Positions 23,637-32,307 of a stretch of 64,000 nt of DNA are shown here, piece by piece. The notes beneath the pieces are model-generated. The model ran no database searches, had not been told where the DNA came from, and saw only the letters and a program-made list of their open reading frames with translations. The DNA comes from Cyanophora paradoxa CCMP329. Lineage: Eukaryota > Plantae > Glaucophyta. A program made the position numbers and the translations under genes. The number at the start of each line of letters is the position of its first letter. The first letter of the stretch is position 1. The DNA is taken from the NCBI GenBank assembly GCA_004431415.1, contig QPMI01000531.1, positions 119,844 through 183,843 on the forward strand, given 5' to 3'.

Positions 23637-25079
23637 ATGGCAGAGTCGGCCCTAGCCCAGGTTTTCGCGGATTTCGCGCAGGAGCAGCAATTCAATCGCT
23701 GCCCGCCTCCTGTACTTCAGTCTTCAGATGTAGCCGTGTGGCTAGAGCGTTTTGACACTTGGGCCAAGTGTCTAGATAAAAAGCCGCATGCCTCTAAGCA
23801 GAAGGCAGTGGCACTGCTTATGTCATTAGACAAATCAAATCACATAACTGCATCGGGCCTGCGAGACTCTATTCTGAGTGTTGGAATTGAGACGGACAAG
23901 TACGAGGCGATAATCGATCATATTGTGCTACAGATCTCCGAGAGCCAGCGGCTGGAGGCCCTGCTCACTCGGTTGATCTTGGAGAAGGGCCGCGAGCTCT
24001 GCGAGTGCGAGCGCCCGTCAGTCATGGAGGCGACGGCGTTCATACGCGTGTGCATGGCGTACCGCAAGCTCCTCAAGATGGAACAAGATGTCCCCGACAG
24101 CTCGATGATCAACAAGATGATCGACGCTCTGAAGAGCCGGACTGAGCTGGTGCGGCGGGCACTGAAGGCGCAGACCACGCACAAGAGGGACTTGGCGCAG
24201 TGGAGCCAGGAGTTCTTGAAGCACGTCAAGACTGACTTCGCGTACCACAACGAAGCGAACAGACTGACGGCCGCTGTGAATCGGATCGGCCTGGACGACG
24301 ACGACGACCTGCAGCTCACATCAGGGCGCAAGTCGGCGGCGACGTACCCCAACGACGTACCCGTCCGGCCAGCTGCAGCTTCGGGAGGCGAGCTCCGGGA
24401 GGCGATCAGCAACCTGGAGAACAAGTTCAACAGCCTCATCGCAAGCTTGCAGTCGGTACAAGCGGACCAGGCGGGTATCAAGCAGTTCGTGGACGAGGCC
24501 CGCGAGAAGGGGGTCAAAGTCCTCGTGAAGGGGGGTACAGCGTTATCCCAAGGGGGGTACGCCGATCACTCGCGATTCCAGGGGATGCACCCCTCCCGCA
24601 TCGCGGAGGTGACGGAGCGAGTCGATGCCCAGGCGGGGTACGATGACGCTCAGGGGGGGTACAGCAATTTTGTCTGCTGGAATTGCGATCAGCCTGGGCA
24701 CCGGTCTTTCGAATGCCAGCAGCCCAAGCGAAACACACCTGGCCCTCGCAGGCCTCGGCAGCAGCAAGGCAGCCCGAATCGCCGCGTAGTTATCATGAAG
24801 CCGCAGCGAGGGGGGTACGCCTCTGCGCCGCAAGGCGGTAAGGGCGGGTACAACAAGCGCCGCTATGAGGAGCGCGACGAGCAGGAGGAGCGCACGGACA
24901 GGAGCGCCAAGCGGAAGTCCGTGCACTGCAACTACTGCGGACGCGATGGTCATGCGGAGAAGCAATGCAAGGTCAAGGAGGCGGACGACCTACGGAAGGA
25001 GCTCAAGTCGGCGCTCCAAGACATGAAGGAGCTGAAGGAGTCCTTTCGGGGCCAGCGCCGCCGTGAGCAAGACGAGTGA
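23637..25079 (+). CDS. gag: Gag with two CCHC zinc knuckles
   Basis: CWNCDQPGHRSFEC and CNYCGRDGHAEKQC; first ATG at 23637. Confidence 0.9.
   Translation: MAESALAQVFADFAQEQQFNRCPPPVLQSSDVAVWLERFDTWAKCLDKKPHASKQKAVALLMSLDKSNHITASGLRDSILSVGIETDKYEAIIDHIVLQISESQRLEALLTRLILEKGRELCECERPSVMEATAFIRVCMAYRKLLKMEQDVPDSSMINKMIDALKSRTELVRRALKAQTTHKRDLAQWSQEFLKHVKTDFAYHNEANRLTAAVNRIGLDDDDDLQLTSGRKSAATYPNDVPVRPAAASGGELREAISNLENKFNSLIASLQSVQADQAGIKQFVDEAREKGVKVLVKGGTALSQGGYADHSRFQGMHPSRIAEVTERVDAQAGYDDAQGGYSNFVCWNCDQPGHRSFECQQPKRNTPGPRRPRQQQGSPNRRVVIMKPQRGGYASAPQGGKGGYNKRRYEERDEQEERTDRSAKRKSVHCNYCGRDGHAEKQCKVKEADDLRKELKSALQDMKELKESFRGQRRREQDE
25041..25049 (+). promoter_or_regulatory. Predicted +1 ribosomal frameshift site UCC_UUU_CGG
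   Basis: In gag frame inside the 44-nt gag/pol overlap (25036-25079); slip UUU to UUC enters the pol frame. Confidence 0.7.
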
Positions 25080-28000
25080 ACGAGCGGCGGACGGGGCGCG
25101 ACGACGCCAGCAGCCGTCTCCGCCCGTCAGCATCGGAGCTGCGCGTAGTGTAAATACTAGCAATCGATTTTCGGTTTTGGCGAACCTTGATTCAGATTCG
25201 GAGTCGGAAGCAGACTCGGATTTAGTGTCGGAAAGCGACAGCGAGCACTGCAGCGAGTGCAGCAAATCGATCTGTTTCGTGCAAGATCATGAGGATGCAT
25301 GGTACGGGATGGAGATGCCCGCACCTGTAGCGAGTATTGCAGCATATGTATCGGGCCTTATGATGCGTGAGACGGAGCTCGGTGAATCTGAGCGTCCGCG
25401 AGTGTTAGATCCGGATCGGAAGCAGAGTGAAGTGAATGGCGGACTCGATGCAGTCGAGTCGTGCGTGAAGAATAGCCGGCAGCTCGGTGAATCTGAGCGT
25501 CGTGATGTTAGGCGCAGTGAATCTGCGGCCAAAGAGCGAGCGGACCGGTCCAGTGGAGCTGGGCGCGGTCAGAAGCGTGCCCACTCGGTGAATCTGAGCG
25601 AGGGCGTACACTCGGTGAATCTGAGTGCGAGAGCAGTGGCGTGCGACTCGGAGAAGAGGGCGCACGGCCAGGCCAGCCCGGGGCCGCACAAGGCGGGCGC
25701 AGGCTCAGCGTTGTCGCCGCGTCCGGGGGGCATAGGAGCCAGAGAGGGGACTTCCAGGAGGCGCCCTGCGGATGGAGCTGCCAAGGGGACGCCCGGAAGC
25801 AGTGTTCGGCCCTCGGAGCCGACTGGAGGTGCTCCTGGTCCGTCGTCGAAGGAGAGAGCCACCCCAGCGGAGAACGATCCCCCGTCGACTCCGCCTGGCG
25901 GGCCAGCTCGGCAAGGAGGCTACGTGCCTGAGGAGTACGTGGTCAAGCAACGGAAACGTCCGGAGAGACGTCTTGCCGACGACCCGATCGACAATGCACG
26001 GACCGAACAAGGTGTCAAGGGCCGGAGGGGCCTACTCGAACGTGACTTGCAGCGCGCTGGTACAGATCCACGCGTTGCCCCAGCGAACGCAGCCTCGACC
26101 CAGCTGAAGAAGACCGTCAAGACTGCACGCAAGTCGTTAGTCTTCCTCGGCAAGGTCGGAGCTGTGCACATGCCGCCCGTCGCGGTGGACGACAGGGGCG
26201 TGGCCGCCTACCTCGAACGACTCAGGGAGACGGCCGCCGCCATCCGCAACGTCCACCTCCGACGTGGTGTGCACGCCAACGTGACGGTGCGAGTCAACGA
26301 CGCGGCCGAGTCCATCATGGCGTTGGTGGACACGGGCGCTGCGTTCTCCATCGTCTCAGAGAAGGTCATCAAGAAATACGGATTGGAGTCCAAGATTAAC
26401 AAGACCTTCACGGCCTCGTTCGCAACCGCGGACGGGTCGCCAGTCAGATGTTTGGGGATGATCGACCTGAACATCAAGCTCGGCAGCCTGTTACACGTGA
26501 ATCAGCCGTTTTTCGTGTGGAAGACTCTTCCCACGAACCTGATTCTAGGCGCCGACTTCATCAAGGCGAATCGCTGGGTAGTAGATCTCGTAGATGGGGT
26601 CCTGCAGCACAAGGACAAGCTCGATCAGCACGTCAAGATCGAGTTGGACGGCAGCTCGGCACCAGCAATGACGGTGGCCGCAGATTGTAAAGTGCCGCCA
26701 ATGTCCGAGAAGAATGTTCAGGTAGTGCTGCGAGATAGTATCAGACAGCCGAAGGACGGCACAGCAGGATTGATAGAAAGAGACGAGCTTTTTCATACTC
26801 GGCATCGTATATATCTTTCGAATACGATAGGAAAGTTCGATGAGGGCGTCTGCACTGTACGCGTGCTGAACCCCTCCAGCAAGACCGTAATGCTGCGAAA
26901 GGATACGTTAGTTGGTTATTGGACCGATGCATCGAAAGTAGAAATTCACACGATTTTAGAAAACGGCGTCGGAGGAGATGCCAGACGCAAAGGACGTGGC
27001 CCGATCGTTGCAGCCTTGGCCCAGGCTGTGAAGCAGAAGCAATTAGATATTCCAGTATGTTGGTGTGGAAAGTGCAGCGAGTGTACAGAACGTGAAAACG
27101 ATCCGGAGTGGAAGGAGCTTAAGCAGAAGCTCGATGTAGGAACAGATAGCTTGCCGGACGAGGTCCGGAGGCAAGTGTATGCAGTTCTATATCATTTCCG
27201 AGATATATTCTCGTCGACTTTAGACCCCAACAAAACGATGCCCAAGGAGTTCGCGCACCGGATCGATACAGGCAATCATCGACCGATCCGCGTACCTCCT
27301 CGGCATGTCGACCCTGTGCGGCGGGAGGAGATTCGTAAGAAGGTGCAGGAGATGCTCGATCAAGGGCTCATCCAACCTTCGAAGTCTCAATGGGCCTTTC
27401 CTGTCGTCTTGGCCAAGAAGAAGGACGGCACGTGGAGGTTCTGCGTTGACTATCGACAACTGAATGCGATAACAAAACGAGACTCGTACCCTCTCCCACG
27501 GGTAGACGACATCCTGGACACGTTGCAAGGCGCCGTGATCTTCTCGACGATCGATCTCCTGTCGGGATTTCATCAGCTCGAGCTGCATGAAGACGACAGA
27601 GAGAAGACAGCCTTTGTCACACCTGACGGCTTGCATGAGTGGCTCAGAATGCCGATGGGCCTCTGCGGAGCGCCGCAGAGCTTCGAAAGAGCGATGGATT
27701 TGCTGTTATCCGACCTGAAATGGAGTGTATGTTGTATATACATCGATGATGTAGTGATTTTTGCAAAGGACGTCGAGGAGCACGCAGCGGACCTTGTCGA
27801 GGTGTTCAGTCGCCTTCGCAAGGCGAACGTCAAGGTGAAGCCGTCGAAATGTCACTTCGCGAAGCCGGAGGTGGAGCTGCTAGGCCACATTGTCAACGCG
27901 GAGGGCGTGAAAGTGGATCCGAAAAAGGTGGCCGTACTCCACGACTGGCCGCGGCCGCGGAACGTGCGCCAGCTTCGGGGGTTTATCGGTTTCGCGTCGT

Positions 28001-29115
28001 ACTATCGGCGGTTCATCAAGGGCTTCAGCAACACGGCAGCCCCGCTGACATCTCTCTTGAAGGCTCGCACACCTTGGGCCTGGGGGGACGCTCAGCAGGC
28101 AGCGTTCGAGGCGTTGAAGAAAGCTCTCACCTCGGCGCCCGTGTTGCGGTACCCCGACTTTACTCGTCCGTTCATACTTCAGACCGACGCCAGTGTCGAC
28201 GGATTCGGCGCGGTCCTGAAGCAGAAGGACATTCGCGGTTTGGAGTACCTTGTCAGTTGCGCGAGTCGAGCGACAAGGGACTCGGAACGCAATTATTCAG
28301 TGACAGACCTGGAAGCAGCTGCAGTGGTGTGGGCCGTCACTGAGCAGTATCGGCCGTATCTGGAGCTGGGGCGCTTTACCCTGCGCACAGATCACAAGGC
28401 GTTGCTGACGGTATTGCGGCCGACGTACCAACTCAGTGGTGCAGTCGCGAATCGTCACGCCAAGTGGGCCGAACGACTCATGCGGTTCATGCCGTTTGAC
28501 ATTGAGTACGTGAAGGGCACGAAGAACATCGAGCCCGATGTCCTGTCGCGACTTTATGAGAAGTACACGAAAGTGGATAAGGCGACGGAGACGGACCCTG
28601 ATCCATTTTTCGGTGCTAGGACGAACGAAGCTTGCGGTGCTAGGACGAACGAGCCAGCAGCTGCAGCTGTCGTCTCGTCCGTCGCAGCTTCGGCACCAGC
28701 CGCTGGTCACGTCGACGTGGGCTACACCCAGGCTGCGGTCGATTGCGACTTGGTCAGCGCATTGCAGGAGGCAATCGCTACTAAGCGCGTCGGGCCCAGC
28801 CCCCCGTCACTCCAGCAGCTGGCCGGCGAAGCTCTAGTCGCTCTCTTGGCTAGCAAGGGCGATCGTCTGGCTATCTCGGAGTTCCTTCGCAAGCGGGAGG
28901 TGGCGCACCGGCTCAAGGACAAGACGGAGGCGCCGCGAGTCGCGTCAGTGCAGGAGAGCACTGCGCGGTTCGGCCGCCCGCTGGGACTCGGAGCTGGAAA
29001 AAGAACTTGGTGTCGCTCCCTCTCACGGACGACGACGTCAAGCGTCTGCATCTGCGGACGGCAACGCCAGACATCGCTACTCAGCCAGGGAAGCGACCAA
29101 GGGCAGGACAAGTAA
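25045..29115 (+). CDS. pol: Pol: long N-terminal extension, aspartic protease, reverse transcriptase, RNase H
   Basis: LVDTGA; KKDGTWRFCVDYRQLN, MPMGL, YIDD; LQTDAS, LRTDHKAL, DVLSR. Confidence 0.96.
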   Translation, partial: FGASAAVSKTSERAADGARRRQQPSPPVSIGAARSVNTSNRFSVLANLDSDSESEADSDLVSESDSEHCSECSKSICFVQDHEDAWYGMEMPAPVASIAAYVSGLMMRETELGESERPRVLDPDRKQSEVNGGLDAVESCVKNSRQLGESERRDVRRSESAAKERADRSSGAGRGQKRAHSVNLSEGVHSVNLSARAVACDSEKRAHGQASPGPHKAGAGSALSPRPGGIGAREGTSRRRPADGAAKGTPGSSVRPSEPTGGAPGPSSKERATPAENDPPSTPPGGPARQGGYVPEEYVVKQRKRPERRLADDPIDNARTEQGVKGRRGLLERDLQRAGTDPRVAPANAASTQLKKTVKTARKSLVFLGKVGAVHMPPVAVDDRGVAAYLERLRETAAAIRNVHLRRGVHANVTVRVNDAAESIMALVDTGAAFSIVSEKVIKKYGLESKINKTFTASFATADGSPVRCLGMIDLNIKLGSLLHVNQPFFVWKTLPTNLILGADFIKANRWVVDLVDGVLQHKDKLDQHVKIELDGSSAPAMTVAADCKVPPMSEKNVQVVLRDSIRQPKDGTAGLIERDELFHTRHRIYLSNTIGKFDEGVCTVRVLNPSSKTVMLRKDTLVGYWTDASKVEIHTILENGVGGDARRKGRGPIVAALAQAVKQKQLDIPVCWCGKCSECTERENDPEWKELKQKLDVGTDSLPDEVRRQVYAVLYHFRDIFSSTLDPNKTMPKEFAHRIDTGNHRPIRVPPRHVDPVRREEIRKKVQEMLDQGLIQPSKSQWAFPVVLAKKKDGTWRFCVDYRQLNAITKRDSYPLPRVDDILDTLQGAVIFSTIDLLSGFHQLELHEDDREKTAFVTPDGLHEWLRMPMGLCGAPQSFERAMDLLLSDLKWSVCCIYIDDVVIFAKDVEEHAADLVEVFSRLRKANVKVKPSKCHFAKPEVELLGHIVNAEGVKVDPKKVAVLHDWPRPRNVRQLRGFIGFASYYRRFIKGFSNTAAPLTSLLKARTPWAWGDAQQAAFEALKKALTSAPVLRYPDFTRPFILQTDASVDGFGAVLKQKDIRGLEYLVSCASRATRDSERNYSVTDLEAAAVVWAVTEQYRPYLELGRFTLRTDHKALLTVLRPTYQLSGAVANRHAKWAERLMRFMPFDIEYVKGTKNIEPDVLSRLYEKYTKVDKATETDPDPFFGARTNEACGARTNEPAAAAVVSSVAASAPAAGHVDVGYTQAAVDCDLVSALQEAIATKRVGPSPPSLQQLAGEALVALLASKGDRLAISEFLRKREVAHRLKDKTEAPRVASVQESTARFGRPLGLGAGKRTWCRSLSRTTTSSVCICGRQRQTSLLSQGSDQGQDK

Positions 29116-31051
29116 CGTGCCTGGGATTCCGAGCGACCTTGCGCGCAGCAGTTCAGGCCGTGGCCGGGGAGTCCGCGCCTGCGCCTGGCTGGCTCGTGCG
29201 ACGAGTTCGCGCCGTAGTTGATGCCTGCTCGCTCTGTGCTGGCCGGCGCTTGGCGAAGCGACGGTTCCAGCCGGCGGCAGCTCCTGCGGTCGCCAACGTA
29301 AGCGAACAGCCGACGAGCTTGCCTAGCTCTAGGTTGCGCGACGCTCAGCGGGCAGACCGGACGCTAGCGCCGCTCATCGCTTGGTTGGCAGGGGAGAAGT
29401 CGATCTCGAAGCTCCCTGCGAAAACGCGATCGGATCTCGCACAACGTGCTCAAGATTACAAACTCGGACCTGGAGGTCTCCTCCTCCACGTCTCGCGGCT
29501 GCAAGACAAGGAGTTGACGCGCATCGTGGTCCCGACGGCCCTGCGATCCGAAATCGTTCGTGAGGCGCACAGCGGTTACGGCGCGGGTCACGGCGGCTAC
29601 CATGCGACAGTCAAACGAGTGAACATGAAGTTTTACTGGCCTCGGATGCGGGAGAGCATTCGCAAGTTCGTGTCGACCTGCGAACCATGCCGGAATCAGA
29701 AATTTGATCGAGCGACGGAGGCGAAGCCGACGCCTAGATTTGCATCTCGACCGATGCAGCGGTGGCAGATCGATGAGGTTAAGTTTGCTGGACAAGATGC
29801 TAAGTCGCTGATCACGCTAGAGGACGTGTTTTCGAAGTGGATGATGGCGCATGTCAAGCCGGTGGCCAATAGTCGCACCGTGATCGAGGCTCTTGAGGCG
29901 GAGTTCAAGGAGCATGGCTTGCCTCTGGAGATCGAGTGCGATCAAGGCACTGCGTTCATTAGCAAGGACGTGCAAGCGTACCTAGCTGAGAAGGGCGTGC
30001 GGCTGGTCATCATGCCAGCGTACGCGCCTCAGACGAAAGGAGCCCTGGAGCGCGGACATCAGACGTTGGAGGCTAAGATTCGTACGCTCACGGAGGAGCA
30101 CCGCGGGACCAGCTGGACGAAGTGGGTGGACGCGGCGCTTCACGCGATGCGGACGACTCAGCACTCGGCGACGGGATTCACTCCGTTCCGACTGCACAAG
30201 GGCTACGATCCCTTCACATCGCTGGATCTCAAGTTCTCGTCGCTGGCGACTCTGGGATCGGGCGCGGCGCAGTTGGCCCTTCGCCATCTGCGCTGGCGTT
30301 CGGTCCGGGCAAGACGGCGGCGGAGAACGATAAGGAGGACTCACACACGATCTGGCGATGGGATGGGACTTGCTGGTCTGAGTGCTCGATGGTGACAAGC
30401 AAGCGACGGCAACCATTGCATTGTCGCTGGCGGATCGCAGCACCCGCGGCGGCAGTACTGATTGCCAAGCTTGACAAGTTGCAGTTCGACGCTCCGGGAG
30501 CGCACTGGACGACGCCGTCCACGCGTGCTCATCCAAGGGACAGAGCTCGCGCGGCGGAGTCAACGGCGGCGCAGCCGACTAAGGCGAAAGCTCCTAGCTT
30601 CGTTCCACTGTTCAGCGAACGAGTCGGGCCGGTCGCTACTGAGGCCGACCGACTGCGATCGCTGAGCAAGGAGGGCTACAGTACGTTGGTGACGGAATTG
30701 CGTACCCGTCAGAAATTTGATCGGGAGCAAGCTTTTCTGAACATGTTTCGGCAAGGACTTCGCATGCGGCATACGCATGTCAATATCAATCGAGGTCGCA
30801 AGCGACAGTTTATGGCTGGACAGCCCGTGGATCTTTTCGTGCCGACCGATCGTTCAAAGAAGCCTGGACTTCCGAACGCTTCGGGTTGGAGCGGCCCCTA
30901 TTTTGTGCAAGAAGTCATTTCGAGATCTAGAGTGAGGGTAACGTCGTTTGCGGACGATGTGCGTGTACATCATAGACCAGGAGAGTCTTTTGTAGTGCAT
31001 GTGACGCGTTTGCGTGGGCGTCCTGTTGAGTTATCTATGCCTATGGCTTAG
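29007..31051 (+). CDS. Integrase (HHCC, DDE core, GPY/F motif), out of frame with pol and split by another frameshift
   Basis: AHSGYGAGHGG..CEPC; WQIDEV, CDQGTAF, LERGHQTL; WSGPYFV in the 30122-31051 frame. Confidence 0.92.
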
Positions 31052-31113
31052 TGCTAGGCCCGTATGTTGTGGTCGTTTTCGTGACGAGGACGTCACGTTG
31101 GTGCTAGGACGAA

Positions 31114-31542
31114 TGTTGTGGTCGCTTTGAAGCGCTAGCTTCGTGATCGTGATCGAACTCATGATCAGGGCGTGACTCATTGTAATACAGAATCATGTAC
31201 CCTTAGCAAGCGCAGGATCATGTACCCCTAGACAGGGCGGCTAGGGCTAGATGTTCGAGAAGCTTCTAGGGCTAGTTATTCGTGAATATTCCGAGGCTAG
31301 CCGCAGTCGGCCAGCCCCTCGAGAAGCTTCCTAGCCTAGCCTATATAAGCCCTCTTGCAGCCATGTACACGAGTCAGCGTGTGCCTACGAGCCAGGCGTC
31401 TGTGCCTCGGGCTCCTGTGTCTGGGAATCCGACTGTCCAGGTCTGTATCTCTGCGTGTGAGGGCTGGGGCTCAGTCACCAGGGTTCTAGAGTGCTCTAGA
31501 GGCTGAATATGCCTGGGGGAGAGCCTCATTTAAGATCGAACA
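31114..31542 (+). repeat. 3' LTR
   Basis: Matches the 5' LTR; followed by TSD TCGC. Confidence 0.97.
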
Positions 31543-32307
31543 TCGCTCGTGTCTGGAGGCTTCTCTGCAGAGAAACGTGTCACTTTCGCTGTGCAAGTAA
31601 ACTTTGTATGGGTGAAAATATTTGCTGAAAGTTTTCGAAAGTTTACTGAAAATTTACAGGGCATTTTGGGATAATAAAATTTCAGCAACACTGCTCGCCG
31701 CCGAGTCGCCGGCCGCGGCTGGCTCGGAGAACTCGCGGAGTCGCGGTGCTAGTAGCCTGCTACCGGGTACTAGCGGGTACAGTCGCGTCGCCAACTTGCA
31801 TGGTCCATCAGGTTCATGAATGATCATGAATCAAGGTGATGAATGTTGGCGTCACTGTTGGCGTCACTGTTGGCGTTGCAACTAATATAACAAGTGGCTT
31901 GATTGAAAATAATGGCAGGTGGGTACATGCTGCGGCATTTGTGTACCAGCCAGCTTCGAACCTGCGTCTCGCGCACTGTCAGGTGACATACATCGCGGCG
32001 CCGGCGGCGGGCGCTCAAACACGGCGGAGAGCACCGGGAGACCTGTAGTGCTGTAACCGATTGAACGGAAGCAGTAGGAAAACAGTAGCAGTGCCGGACC
32101 CGTCCGGTGCGTGCGTCTGCATATGCATGCATGGGGCAGGCCTGGAAGCGAACTCAATCAGCCAGCGCGTCGCGATGAGATCATGATCAGCCCAAGACTC
32201 AAGCGCGCGTTAGCGCGCGTTGTAATTAACGCGCCTGACTCAACATGTACAGGTGTGGGGCTCTACGTGACAGTTCTGCGGGCACATCGGCGATCTTATA
32301 CGTAGCA

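Larger units (their letters stand above)
22108..31542 (+). mobile_element. Full-length Ty3/gypsy LTR retrotransposon, recent insertion
   Basis: 429-bp TG...CA LTRs with no visible differences; 4-bp TSD TCGC; domain order gag-PR-RT-RH-IN. Confidence 0.97.
19877..31693. mobile_element. Non-autonomous hAT-like DNA transposon (~2.4 kb net) hosting the gypsy insertion
   Basis: Ends CAGTGATGCTAAACTTT and (reverse complement) CAGTGTTGCTGAAATTT; shared subterminal TGTAAATTTTCAGTAAA; 8-bp flanks CGCGCCGC / CTCGCCGC (7/8). Confidence 0.7.

Noticed and set aside
28990-29010. Programmed -1 frameshift between RNase H and integrase (GGAAAAAG)
   Set aside because: Not a correctly phased X_XXY_YYZ heptamer; an indel error is the simpler explanation
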